Shown: piece by piece, positions 1 through 14,307 of the stretch
Layout: each line of letters starts with the position of its first letter
Position numbering within the stretch: the first letter of the stretch is position 1
Assembly: GCF_000150275.1 (NCBI RefSeq)
Contig: NW_002060947.1
Location: forward strand, 8,107,880-8,171,879
Direction: 5' to 3'
Source of the DNA: Trichoplax adhaerens
Taxonomy: Eukaryota > Animalia > Placozoa
DNA: 64,000 nucleotides
Notes under the pieces: model-generated
Told to the model about the DNA's origin: nothing
Databases searched by the model: none
Seen by the model: the letters and a program-made list of their open reading frames with translations, nothing else
Position numbers and translations under genes: made by a program

Positions 1-2202
1 TGCCCAGATGGTTATAGTTTGATACCTACAGTAAATACTGTATGTTACATATAGTAAACCTAATGCACACTAATGAAATAGTAATCTTTTATATTAATAT
101 CGACGTGATTTAGCGCTCAAGATAAAATCGAACTCTATTGCAAGTTGATGTAGAAACGTAATTATTACCCTACGATTGGAAAGACGCTAAAAGGAATTTT
201 TAATCAGAAATTTTCTATTTTAATTTATATCATTTTACTAAATTTAAAGTTATCTATAAAAAATGACAGTCCTTAATCTTGTAATACAGTAATGATTAAC
301 TGTAAATTATAATCATGAAAAACTATAAATAATGCATAATTTTTGAAAGACGACAATGAAGATCGGCAAATTATTTGACAAATTTAATTGTTGTGAAAAT
401 GCGTATGCTTATTAAAAGCTATATCAGATTATCTAATAAAAGAACGGTTCCTGATGAAAATAATTTGGGTGATGTTCTTGTTTCTGCAAACAAGATTATA
501 ATTAAATGGTAGATCTCGGTAAAGACGATCATACCACAAACACAAATAATCTGAATTACATAGTCTTTTATCGCTTTCTTTCACAGCCATTTAAATTCTG
601 CTTTATAGGTTAGACTAACAAAGATGTTTGATCAAGTTGTTATTGCATGCCCGGCAAATAGATCCACGAAAAAACAAATTTATAATTAAGCAGTTAAATT
701 ATTATCTGAAAACTTGATCATGGATGAATCAGTCATTATTACTCCCCATCAACTAATCCAATTACTTATTAGACAGGGTACGATGCTTTCAAACGTACTG
801 GTACAGAATTACTAGTGACTAATGGTGAATCATATCATACTGTCCTTCTATCAATAGCCTAGTTATTAAACTTTCAAATCATTTGTAGAAATAATCAAGT
901 CCATATACTTTCAGACAGCTGTAGTTTTGGATAATTATAATATATTTCCTTTCGGTAATCTACTAAAACTCCCAATATTGTAACCAATTCTAAAATAGCC
1001 GTACTTGTCAGGGTTAAAAATATTGATAGTGAAGTTAAGTCAAACCGGTTAAAAAAGATAGAGAGAAGCTAGCTTGAAAAGTCAATCTTCTTCTAAGACT
1101 CTTAAAATAATGGAGTATATCGTATTAGTCGCAATAAAGAGTAGACGATCATTGGATAAGGTCGATATCATAAAAGCCTTACCAATATGGTGCTGTATAT
1201 GGGTATATTGTACGTTCACCGTGCAATGCCATGGAATACTAGATAATACAGTATATCAAGTAGTCCATGGCAGTTGTACACTACATTATTTCTCCACTTG
1301 ATCTAGCACCGATAAATAATTAAATTGCCATTGTGCCGTTATTCAAGAACAAGCTATTCCTATTCTCTATTTAGCATCTGGTAAAAGTCCCCTCATAAAT
1401 AAGACGATAAAAGCCATCAAATGAAAGCCACTGATTTACTCCTCCTGTTGTGCTTTCTTTCAAACAACTTACCGCTGTTCTAATTATAATAAATTAATAT
1501 CTAATTTTTATCTTAAAATGGCCAAATGATGCGGATAAGTCTTCTATTGAAAACTACAAAAATCTTGATGAACATCCGCTTAGAGGCATATCATACAAGA
1601 TATTATCCATACTGGGTCTTAGTATTTAAAATGCACTATAATTAGGATATTGACGTCAAGTATTATGATCAGGAAATTCTAGCGAGATGTGGCAGAGGTT
1701 CGGTACAATAATACACTATAGCAGCCAATTAAACATCTATTTGGACTAAAGACCAAATTCGATCGCTGTCATATAAAATGTGCAATAATAAGTATATAAA
1801 TAATAAAACAATTGATCAATTTTAGAATGATATTAACATTAATTATATTAGTCTGCTCCAACTTTGCTGTCTCATTATGTGCTTGCATTATCCTTCGGGC
1901 TATATACTAATTTATGCATGTAATAGCATATCTCATTTAATATTAGCTTCTATTCCGATACTGACTATAGGATAGTGTTTAAAATGGCAATAGAGAATAG
2001 ACGTAAACATCTGTTAAGGTCAATATTATTATGTTTTTAATAGTAATTATTATAAAAAGACAGGAATTGACCGGTAACTTTCTATAACATCAAGTAATTG
2101 GCGTTTTGAGAGTCGTTTATCGATAGAAATCTTACAAACTAGTGGTACATTTACCCGCAGTCGCTATTGCATTTACACTTCATTGCCGTTCCTTTCTTAA
2201 TA

Positions 2203-4329
2203 ATGTCAAGTGATTCAAAAGTTAAACCGAAAGATGTTCAATTAAGTTGGACATCGAATATTAATGCTGATGGGGAGTATATTCGTGCAGTCTCAACATT
2301 TCGCAATAGAGTCAAAGCTGATGGAAGTGGATTTTTTCCAGCGGAAAGTGGCCGGTATCACTTGTATATCTCTTTTGGTTGTCCTTGGGCTCATCGAACA
2401 CTACTCTATAGAAAATTGAAAGGCTTAGAAAACGTTATTACTGTTGATGTTGTCGATTGGCATCTTGCTGAAGGTGGTTGGAAATTCAATCCCGACAGAC
2501 CCGGTTGTACAACGGACAGAGTCAATAACTTTGAATATTTAAGTCAAGTGTATCATCTATCCGATCCTGACTATAATGGACGTGTTACTGTACCTGTCCT
2601 ATTTGATAAAGTCAAAAATATTGTTGTTAACAACGAATCTAGTGAGATAATATCCATGCTAAACAGCGAATTTAATGAATTTTGTGCTACACCGGAACAA
2701 CGCGAGTTGGATCTACGTCCCTCTCACTTAGCTTCAGAGATTGATGAATTGAATAGCTGGATATACGCGTAAGAAAAGTTATTGCAGGATACGTTATATA
2801 ATTGTTGCTGTAAATTACAGTAACCTTATACTAACTGAGTAACGACATGTTTTAAAATTGAGAATTAAACAGAAACCTATGCTGAGTTTGAGTCTTACAT
2901 GTATCATTAATAATCGTAATTACTTATTAAAGTTTAAAAACAGTGATCGTATCTTCAAAGCGAGCTTGATCTTACATACTCGGATGTTTCATAACGCTAT
3001 TACAATCTCGCTTATGTAGAAGAATCATAAGCAATAATCTTTGAAACTGCTTCGTTAATCGTCGTTAGATTTTTAATACCGTATTGCGTTGCTTACGATC
3101 CTTAGGCAAATCAATAATGGGGTTTATCGTGCTGGCTTTGCCAGGAAACAACCTGCTTATGACCGAGCAGTAATTGAAGTCTTTGAAGGATTAGACAAAG
3201 TCGAAGGAATTCTTGCTAAAAATCGTTACCTTACAGGAAAAGAAATAACGGAAGCTGATGTTCGATTATTTGTTACATTGATTCGGTTCGATTTAGTCTA
3301 CGTGCTACATTTTAAGGTAGGTCTGAAATTTTAAGATGTCAAAAGTTTAAAATGCAAATCATCCTTGATTTAAATTAAAAAATTCTGTTGGTAATATGTC
3401 TAATATTGAAGACATAGTTTAAACCAATTTTCTCTATTTTCATCAGTATAGTGATTGCTCTAAATAGCAGTAAGGATTTGAATACTCTAGGATAAAATGC
3501 TTTCCTGCCATTAATATAATGTAGAATGTTTCACAAGGTTATGCCTTAATATAAAGTGAGAAATCTAACGTAAAGTAGTCCAGGGATAAAATGTCACGTA
3601 CATATTAAATGATCAAGATCATACAATTACTACTATACATCTGGATGAAAGTAATATAAAAATAATATACAATTAACTACAGGATCAAATATCAGTAGCT
3701 AAGTTATCATATCTACGAGTACATGAACTATTCCATCTACGCTAAACGCATTTTGATGATTAAAGATGATGTGGTATAAGTTTTATTAGAAGAGTTGGGT
3801 AGTCTACTTGCATCGTAAATTTTTCATAGGTTAAAAGCTTACAAGTAGCTTAATTAAAAATCTTTAATAATTGATTTTATAGTGCAACCTCAAACGCATT
3901 ATTGACTATCCTAATATCTGGGGCTATGTGCGTGATATATATCAGACACCAGGAATAAGCGATACCATCAATTTTGAACATATGAAAAAGCACTATATGG
4001 TAAGAATTTAAGAGAAATAGTTATTCAAATTACCGTGTCCATATGCATTCAACATAAACTGTAGAAATAAGAATAATCAAATTGCATAAAAATTGGTTAG
4101 CCTACTACGATACATGCACCCAATGATCCTTACGTAGAATAATTACCATAAATAAAATTAAGTTTAGAATAACCTAAATGTAAATAAAATATTTGAGATC
4201 AAAGGCTAACTCACTACTTGGATGTTACTTTAGGTCAGCCATGACAGCATTAATCCCCGCGCTATTGTTGCTAAAGGACCAGCTATTGATTTCAATTTAC
4301 CTCATGATCGAAAGAAATTGGATCAATAA
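2203..4329 (+). CDS. Glutathionyl-hydroquinone reductase (GHR, Xi-class / omega-like GST, YqjG/ECM4 family), copy 1, canonical, 329 aa, 4 exons
   Basis: Exons 2203-2768, 3106-3316, 3883-3999, 4234-4329; all GT-AG and in frame. Motifs [106 protein letters not shown] 2203 preferred over the TTG start of the ORF track. Confidence 0.93.
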
Positions 4330-6051
4330 GCAACATTAGCTCCATGTAGGGTAAATATCCTATTTTGAGAAAACATTTCGAATCCGCTTAAAAAGTTTAG
4401 CATTAAACGTTTCCTTTAGCTGTATGTTTTCATGTATCTAAGTTATCCTAACGATAACGTACTTAGTATATTTTTTCTAGTACGTTTATTCATAATTCAT
4501 TGACTTTATTAACTAAATACTTTCAAGCCTTATAATTTTCTATTTACTATTCAATCTCGAACTTATTCATGTTTTGGTGAAATTGATGAAACAGTATAGC
4601 TGTAGCGTTATGCCATCTATAGGTACTATTCAGTGGTTTATATTAACCTATATTTTGGAGGTATTCATTCATATCTGTAGTCAACGAAATCATTTCGTAT
4701 CGCTTAATTTCTGTAACTCTTGTAACTGGTGTTTACGCAATTATCGTAAAACCTAACTTACTTATCTGTTTAATTTTTTATACAATTAATTACTGAATTT
4801 GCGAAATACCTCTAACTTACCCCTGCCATGTATACTAACAAAATAAAATTGAAGTGGCCTATTTTCTATTTCAATATCGACTACGTTTTATACTCAAAAA
4901 TGGTTCTAGCTACTTAAATAACCCAATCCGTAGCACACATACAAGTAATTACTGCTATCCATGATAAAATAAGACTAGAATGTTATATTTTAAGCTGATT
5001 AATTTCATTCAGGGATTTCCATTAGAACCCGTATTTGCTGCTGGTTCACGCTGCATATATGCAATGAAATAGCAAAACAATATTGATCCCTTCCAATGCC
5101 ATTTTTTTATAGTCATTTCATTTACCATAATTCGATGGAATAGCTTGCTATCATTAAAGAATTGGTACTAACAGAGATTCGTTGCCTACTAATATTATGG
5201 AATGTATAACAATAAATGGACCTGCTGAGCAAAGAATATCGTTGATATTAACCTAATCATTTTCTAAAAACTATTTCGAAAGAAAATTAAAACATGAAAA
5301 AGTGACAAAATAGTCGACTTAAATAAGTATCAATCGAATCACTTACCAATTTTACCAATAACGAATAATATTGGACAGTCAAAACGCGATATGTAAACTA
5401 TGAACTATGACTGGCCATTGTGAGAATAATGCAAACTACAAAATAGGCAATAACGAAAAGATAGCAGTTGCAGTTATCTACTTATATTTACCAATAATAT
5501 GTGTAATTCTACTCTTCCTTGCAATACTGCAGTATCCCACTATTTATTATTCAATTACCATGCAAATTAATTAGTAGGACAGAAATGAAATAGAAACGGT
5601 AGAGCAGAGGCTAAACTATGAAATACTTATGTAGTAGTAAGGTCAGAAAGCTTTAAATTAGCATTGGCGAAATTTGGCAAAACGAGCTATGAATTAACTC
5701 GGTTTATCATTGATTGTTATCAGCTCATCTCCTGTCACATCATGCTATATGATGCCAACCAGACATCCATAAGCTCAACAGATTTTGCAGGCCTTTGATG
5801 TCAGCTTTTCTACTTTTATGCCCTAGTTATCATTTCATGATATCCTCATCTTTTATTCATCCTATGCAAATCTATAGTAGATATTATTAGTGGTTCATGA
5901 TCGTATGTAAATTCATTCATCATGCAATGCCATCGCTGGAGTAGCACAAACTGTAGACAACTAGAAAACGAGTAGCAGTTTGTAGACCAAAAATTATTTA
6001 AATCATACACTTGGTGTCACATTAGCATGTATACCGTATAAGGCAGTCTAC

Positions 6052-6062
6052 TGCTGAATCAT
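6052..6062 (-). promoter_or_regulatory. Putative antioxidant response element (ARE) upstream of GHR copy 2
   Basis: TGCTGAATCAT, which reads ATGATTCAGCA on the minus strand and fits RTGAYnnnGCA; about 440 bp upstream of ATG 6498. Confidence 0.35.
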
Positions 6063-6497
6063 TGATAGCTACGCTACATGTATCTTTAGTCTCTTGGCTG
6101 AGTATTAGAAATTTTTAGATATTGATCGGTTAGTAAACATTAATGGATTTCATTCAATTTATTTACAATTTTTGCTTTCTGGTCACATGAACAACGTGGG
6201 TGTGAAGTACCTGCGCATAGGAAATGACGACTATGGAATATACTGATATTACATAAAAAAGGCTGGTATACAGTTTATTGCTATAATTTAAAGTTTGAAA
6301 ACGGACATCACAGTTCGTAAAGTGGTTGGTGGTGAGTAATTGACATCAGATTTTACGGATAGAAATCTCTATTCCTGGTCACTTAAGTAGACACCCTAAA
6401 GTCTAATAATACATTCTAGAACGTAAAGTAAGTAGCATCGGATAGGAGGCTTGAATTGAATAGCTTACCTGCTTAAGGCTTAAGAAATAAATTACTC

Positions 6498-8204
6498 ATG
6501 GCAAATGATTCCAAGTTATCCAATGATAAAGGCGAATTTATTCGTGCTACTTCATCGTTTCGTAATTGGGTAAAGGCTGATGGTAGTAGTCCTTTTCCTG
6601 CCGAAAAGAATCGCTATCATTTGTATGTGTCTCTCAGTTGCCCATGGGCTCATCGCACCTTAATCACCAGAAAATTGAAAGGCCTCGAAAATATCATAAC
6701 GGTCGATATAGTTGACTGGCTTCGAACATCAGCGGGCTGGAGATTTAGTCCGGAGAAACCTGGATGTACAGCAGATACCGTAAATGGTAAGGAGTACGTT
6801 GAGGAAATCTACAAATTAGCCGATCCGCTTTATACAGGCCGAGTGACTATTCCGATTCTTTATGATAAGATCGCCAAAACTATAGTCAACAACGAGTCTA
6901 GTGAAATTATTCGCATATTAAATTCGGAATTTAACGCATTATGTGCAACATCTCAACAACGTGATTTGGATTTATATCCACAAGAAGTAAGGCAGGAAAT
7001 TAATGCCCTAAATGGTTGGATTTACAGGTATCTTGTGAATAATTTTCGATAGACAACTTTGATAGTATCTCTTTCGTAATGCAATGTTATTCTTTACCTT
7101 TACAAGATCATAACACATGATCCACTTTTATCAGCTCTTGTTCATAGTAATGCATTAATAGCTAGTCAACACCACTGTAATTATGCCATAGAGCAGATTG
7201 GTGACTGTTATTGCCAAATAGAAATTGATTAAGTTATATATATACGCTTATGAGGCAATGACACCTTTGCGAAACTTCACTAGCCTGTAGTTAGAGGAGA
7301 TTTGCGGAAATTAAGCTATAAGAATATATTGCTGGCTTGTAATTTATGGTTTCTACTGATATCACTTAGTTTAACAGAAAAAATCTTATCTGATTACACT
7401 TGCAAAAATTTGTTTACCTCCTATATAAAGCCAGATCAACAACGGTGTTTATCGTGCCGGTTTTGCAACAACACAAGAAGCCTATGATAATGCTGTTGAC
7501 GATGTTTTCGATGGGTTAAACAAAGTCGAAGCCATACTATCGAAACGTCGCTATCTGACTGGTGATCAAATAACGGAAGCTGATATTCGAATATTTCCTT
7601 CATTAGTTCGATTTGACACTGTTTATGTGCAACATTTTAAGGTAAGATTCTTCTGTACATGAAGAGTGGAGTAGATAGAGGATACTATAATAGTAGTTTA
7701 GATTAAAATAGCAGATTGCAATTTTTTTATGACTACAGACAATAGCTAAGAATCTAGAATTTTGGATGAATAGTTGTTCTACTATCAGATCTTCTCCATT
7801 GATACGATTCGTTTTCCATTTTATTCCTAAATATTTAGTGCAATATTAGGCGCATCATTGATTATCCCAATATATGGGGCTATTTACGTGACTTATATCA
7901 AATCCCTGAATTTGGTAGTACGGTTCATATGGAACACATTAAGAAGAGCTATATGGTAATAACTCGCAAATATTAAAGATTTATAGATAGTTCATAGGCA
8001 AAATTTCGAATACACCGTGTAGCTTGGATACGTATATCGAGCACTACACAGTTACTAGTAAGTATTATACCGATGATTCATTCTTACAATAACCTTATAA
8101 TTTTTATCTAGATGAGCATGGAGAATATAAATCCGAATGGCGTAGTTGCTAAAGGACCTGAAATTGATTTTAACACTTATCACGGGCGTGATAAATTATA
8201 CTAA
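6498..8204 (+). CDS. Glutathionyl-hydroquinone reductase, copy 2, canonical, 316 aa, 4 exons
   Basis: Exons 6498-7027, 7431-7641, 7839-7955, 8112-8204. Motifs [76 protein letters not shown]; same intron positions and phases as copy 1. Confidence 0.93.
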
Positions 8205-11175
8205 TTAGGGGTAAAAATTCCATCTTCTAAGCAATGCATTAGAATTTACAGCACTTATTATTTTGTAGTAAGTGTTTGACATTTCGGATGTTAGTATACC
8301 TTTATTCATTGCATTCTAAATCAACTTGCAATAGCAAACTTTGTAAAATACTTAAGACAAGTACTTAAATCATCTGGAAAGAATTAGCTTACAGTTTGAA
8401 ATAAACGTATTAGTATTGATAATCCTTTAGTGTAGATTGGATGTTAAGAGTATAAAAAGTATAAGCTATAGCTATCAATATCAATAAATGTTTCTATTTA
8501 GCATGTATCTAATGTTTACTAATCAATGGCATACCAGGCATACCAAGATTGGTTATTAGTGTTTAAAGTATAAAATTAAGGTAGCATTTTCAATTATTTT
8601 TTGAAGTTTTAACTTGCAGTTTCGAAGTAAGAGCAACTCTAATTCTGCTTAATAAATTTTATCATCTTAGCAAGTAATTAAACGGTAGCGATCTAATTAC
8701 TGTAACTGCAAAATCTTTAGATTGCATAACTTGAAATATCTAATGGTTTCGATTTTGTCTTTATTTTCTTATATCGTAACCTTTAATAACTAACAGTATA
8801 CGAACAATGCTTGCTAATGTTATCTCAACAATGCTAATCGATATTGCGTAATTCAGCTGTAAATTTACAACGAGTTCTAGCTTATGGTTTAGTTTATTGT
8901 GATAAATGCATTGACTGAGCCTTTGAACGAAGAGGTCGTAAGAGATTCAAAGTCATAAGTAGAAAAGAATATATCTGACTTTAATTTCGTTAGCATCTTC
9001 ACTTATAGACTTCTGCAGTATTCGCGATATCATTAAATTGTTACCTGCTGCACAAATATGAAAACGAAAATTTAGTAACTATTCTATTTTATTGGTACGT
9101 CTCCTTGAGCTACAGAAATGCTTATTGATCATTTTGTTGAGTTCAAAACTGGTACGGGGCAAGTTCCTCCTTATTAATTCAATAATCTATGTTATGCAAA
9201 TTTTGAGAATAATTCATATTACAAGCTTTAATACAGTAGGTAACTCCTACGGTTTATAGGTTGAAGATTTCGAAGAACATCAGCAGAAACTTAATGATGG
9301 CTGCGATTAACAGCTAGCTAGCTCATAATGATAGTGGCTTTAACAATACAGAACACTGTAATACCTTTGCATTCCTTCTATATACTCAGTCTCTCTTCGA
9401 TATTGCAAATAGGCAAAGGCTAGCTTACACGACTTCTCCCAATGCAATTTGTATATTAAAATTTCTACGTACTAATTATTACTTGCCAACATTATCACTT
9501 GAAATTTTAGTATCAAAATAATAAATTTGAAATTTATTTTTTAAATATATGTATGCCAAGTACTGTTTAAAACAGTAGCTATCGGAAAGTATCTAACAAA
9601 ATACACCTATGTTTATCCCAAATCAATCTGTTATATTTACACGTAGTTTAATTCGACCTTACGCTTTCAGCATCAGTAATAAGTAACCATTTGCCCATAT
9701 GTTACGATGCGTAAGTTCGTCCTAATTATTGAGTAATATTAAATATTGTTTGTGTGGATTGACGTTGTATTAATTATCATTTCTTCATACAATCTGTTTA
9801 ATATAACTTTAAAAGGATAGTTTTATTTTATGTGCATCAGGAGTTTCTGACGAGACTATAAAAGGCTGGTGCCTGAAGATCCCTTTTTAGTTAGTTAGTC
9901 GGTTAGATAGTCAACTAGTTTATCAATTGATATTTAATTGTAAAGATTATAATCTTGGGTGCCAAGATTTCTTCAGTAATAAATGATATTAAATCTCTGA
10001 CTGTCTCGTCTACACTATCTGTGACGCTATAATTATACCATAGTATTCAGTCCTTGGAACTGAATTATTTGATGATATAGCTAATCTCGCCTCTTTAAGT
10101 TAGTAAGTGGCGTTCTCCACAAGGATTGGCGTGTGTAGACTACTTTGTCACTAGTGGTGTGTGACACCATAATTGCCCGCTAAATTTTATATCTTCCTCC
10201 CTGTGTTCAGACTAATTCTTGAAGTTGAGTAATTTCTGAGATAATGTTCAAATCTTGAAAATTTATAAAGTTTAAATAAGTCATTAGATGTATTGAAAGG
10301 GAAAAAATTCAATAATATAAGACTTATTTATTTAGGCTATGTCTAATACTCGCGATATTCGCTGTAGTGTTTAGTTTAACCCTATATTTACTTAGAAGCG
10401 TTGTTCGACTCGTAAAAATTTCAGTAGACGACCAGTTGATATAAATTTTATTTTTTAACGATTAAAAATCTGAATTTTAATAACCGCATCATAGATAAAT
10501 TATCAAAACTAAAGTCACATCGCTCGAGGCAGCATTTTCCACTATACGTATATAATGACATGAAAAGAGTAATTTACGTATGAGATTTAAACATTTCACT
10601 ATTGTCCAACTTCAGAATTTGTAATGTTACTACGCCTTATAGTATTGGTACTAGGTTTGTAAAATTTCTAGTTATTACTATTTAACTCACACATATTAAT
10701 AGTACTGTAAACTCCTACAAATACTTGCTGTACTATAGCATCGCCACAACGCCCACTGTCATTTTACTTCTTTCATACTTACCGCCAAGACTATAATTAT
10801 ATGTGCATAATTAATTATTAAACTTTGTAATGGTATTGCTCCGTGTATTAGATTAACAAAAAACCAAGAGGACAGTTACCAAGCATTCTGTATTTTGATA
10901 AGTAGTACTGCACTATTCTCTCCAATAGCAGTAAAGTAACTGAAGTTATTTTACAAACCATTACCGTGCATCATTTTAATTCTTTGGTGCCATTTGGACG
11001 AAACTACTCGATCAAAGTTGATTTTTATCGTTTACGTGAGGTATTACGTAAGCATTACTTAAGTTTAGTACAGCACGATATTTTAAATATACGTACATCT
11101 AATACAATGTAAATCACCTTCTCGATTTCTGTATTATTTTTATAGAATAGCATTGCTTTCAATTCGAATTGAAAA

Positions 11176-12727
11176 ATGTCTGACCAAGGAAGTGACAGTG
11201 TTAAGAAAATTACAAGTTTTAACGGTCGTGTTTCTAAGGATGGATCTGGCCAATTTCCAGCACAGAAAGGTAGATACCATTTGTATGTTAACCCAGGTTG
11301 TCCTTATGCACAACGAGTCATGATCATGAGAACGTTGAAAGGTTTAGAAGATATCATTACGATGGATATTACACACTGGTATATTCATGAAAACGGTTGG
11401 TTTTTCGACGAGACAGTAGATACGTGTACTAAAGATACAGTTAATGGCTTCAAATTTTTAAGAGAGGCTTACGAACAGACTAATACAAAGTATAGCGGTA
11501 GAATTACTGTACCCGTACTTTACGACAAGGTTAACAAGGTCATCGTTAATAACGAATCTGCCGAAATCATGGAAATTCTAAACAGCGAATTTAATGAATT
11601 TTGCTCTACTCAAGAGCAAAAGGATTTAAATTTATATTCTAAAGAGCATGAAGAAACGGCCAAGGAATTATTAGGCTGGATAACACCGTAAGTGATACTT
11701 AGTGTACTTCCAGCAAAGTGCTATTAATGTGATCTAAATTGGATGTCGACGATACGAACATAGTCGTAAACTGATCGTAAACTTGCTACACAGTACAGTA
11801 TATTGGATCAGTTACTTACACTCATTATTACTTCATTGATAGATAGATCACGATCTTTATCATGACTAATTCTATTTTTGCCCTTATCATTGTTCATGAA
11901 TGACTAGAAACATTATTTCCAGAGTCTTTCGTGTTCGTGATGCCACTGATCAAGAAAGTTATAATCAATCTGTCGATACTCTATTCGAGAATCTCGATCG
12001 ATTAGAAAAACACCTTTCTAATCGTCGTTACCTAACAGGAAAGACTATAACGCACGCAGATGTCAAGTTATTTGTAGCATTAGTTCGTTTCGATGTGGCA
12101 TATTACGTGGTGTATAAGGTTAGTTATCAGTTCTGAGCGTTCTAACTTTGTGCTAAATATACAATAATGCTATGAAAATAATACCAACCTAAGATTTATA
12201 CAATAAATGTAAATAGTCTTACGATAAAATTTGGCAGGCTCAGTTACTTTAACACTATTTCTTGATTGTGAATTATAATTGATTGAGTTTCTTCTGTGAT
12301 GAAATGGTAGTGTAATACAAAACGTATTGCTGATTATCCAAACATTTGGGGCTATTTGCGAGATCTTTATCAATCTCCAGGCTTTGGAGAAACGGTTAAT
12401 ATTGAGCATATTATGAAGCTACACTATGTAAGTGAATATCTTATTTACATTGCTTTGTACACTTGAAATTATTAGAAATTGTGGATATTGCAATTTAACT
12501 TATTTTACGATAAAAATTTAAATTTATTATTGTATTGGTTTTAACTTCTACTCTTTTAAGTTTATTAGTTTACTCTGATTAAAGCTACGTAGCACTGTAT
12601 AAACTTTTATTTATCTGATGTATTGTAGGTGAGCGACAAAAAACAGAAGCCTACTAAAATCTGTCCTAAAGGACCAGTTGTCGACTTTACTGGCAAGCAT
12701 GGACGTGAAGCATTAGCATCAGCATAG
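11176..12727 (+). CDS. GHR-like protein, copy 3, derived subfamily (CPYAQ), 312 aa, 4 exons
   Basis: Exons 11176-11687, 11908-12118, 12311-12427, 12629-12727; intact frame. Motifs NPGCPYAQR, RITVPVLYDK, VNNESAEI, NIISRVFR (in place of INNGVYR), RFDVAYY, HIMKLHY, QKPTKICPKGP. Confidence 0.92.
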
Positions 12728-14257
12728 AATACATGTGTGCAATTACTTGGTCTAGTAAAACGACGGTAGAGTCGCAGCCATTGCAGTAAATCAATCTAGT
12801 TAAGAGAAATGTAAAAGATATCTATATCTAGCATAAAGACTGTTTTAGAGATATAGCACTACAGCTCGTATCTATTTATTTAATGAAGAAACATCTTAGC
12901 TATTTAGATCTTAGTATTTGAAATGTACTGAGAGTTTTACATTTTAACCTATTACACTATTATTTAAAATATACTTGATATTCTCGGTAAGCTTATGCAC
13001 ATGTAAATATACTTTGGGCATTATTCAGTTGCAATAGATAACTTACACATAAGGAACATAGCAAGAGGTGATGGTTGTATAGACACTTTAATCTACCGTC
13101 AATACTACAGTAATCGTATAGCGTAGAGGCTGCAATTATTTTGATGTTGAACTTATGACAGTAATTAGAACTTTCTAGCTTAATTTGTAGTTCGTAGTCG
13201 TCATAGTAAAATAATCATATGTTTAATCAAAACTTATCAAATTACAATAATAAAAAAATATCACGAAATATATTTGGATGATAATGTACCTCGGTCGATT
13301 TCGAATGAAGATACATCCTCACTCTGGAAATGAACATGGAAACGCAGATAGACTTTCAAGACTAGTTTAAATTTTAGAGTTTAAGACTGATAAAGAATAT
13401 AATAAATGATGCTATAATTTTGAGGAATATGAGAATATTAGGGATAATAAATGTAGTAAAGCACCCATATTTGAGGATATCGTAGCTGTATCCATCTTGA
13501 AATAATGTAATATCATACTGTCAATAAATATTCTATGACTTGGTTAACTAAATGCAACCACAGTAAAATCGTTAATCGTAAGTAGGCTGTTAATTCAGTT
13601 ATTTCTAGAACCACGTACGGTATTTCACATAAAATTACTGCTATTAAATGTATAGAGTGCGCCCAGATGTGACGAAATTTACAGTATAATCTTTAATAAA
13701 AAACAGCATACGAACAGTCCATTTCAATATTATCTTAACAATGCTAATGGATGATGTATATCTCAGCTGTGAATTTACAACAAGTTCTAGCTTATAGTTT
13801 AGTTTATTGAGATAAATACATTGACTGAACCTTTGAACGAAGAAGTCGTAAGAGATTTAAAGCCATAGAGCAGAAAAGATACAGAAAAGAATATGTCTGG
13901 CTTTAGTCTCTTTAACATCTTCACTTATAGACTTCTACAGTATTCGCGATACTATTAAATTATTACCTAATACACAATTACGAAATTGAGAATTTAGACA
14001 AGATTCTATTTTATTGGTACTTCTTATTGAGCTACAGAAATGCTTACAAGAAACTTGCTTAAGATTTTAAAGAAAGTTAATAAATTGTCAAGGTATAAAA
14101 GTTTCATAGTCATATAATTAATGCGATACTTAGCCTTCAATATAATAAGTGGCAATATGGTAAGTAAATCTATTCAAAAAATTGCGATACTTCAATCTCT
14201 ATTAGTCATTCTGTTAAGTATAAAACCGGTACAGAGGTAAGTTCCTCGTTTATAATC

Positions 14258-14307
14258 NNNNNNNNNNNNNNNNNNNNNNNNNNNNNNNNNNNNNNNNNNN
14301 NNNNNNN
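14258..14307. other. Assembly gap (50 N)
   Basis: Run of 50 n inside the upstream flank of GHR copy 4. Confidence 0.99.
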
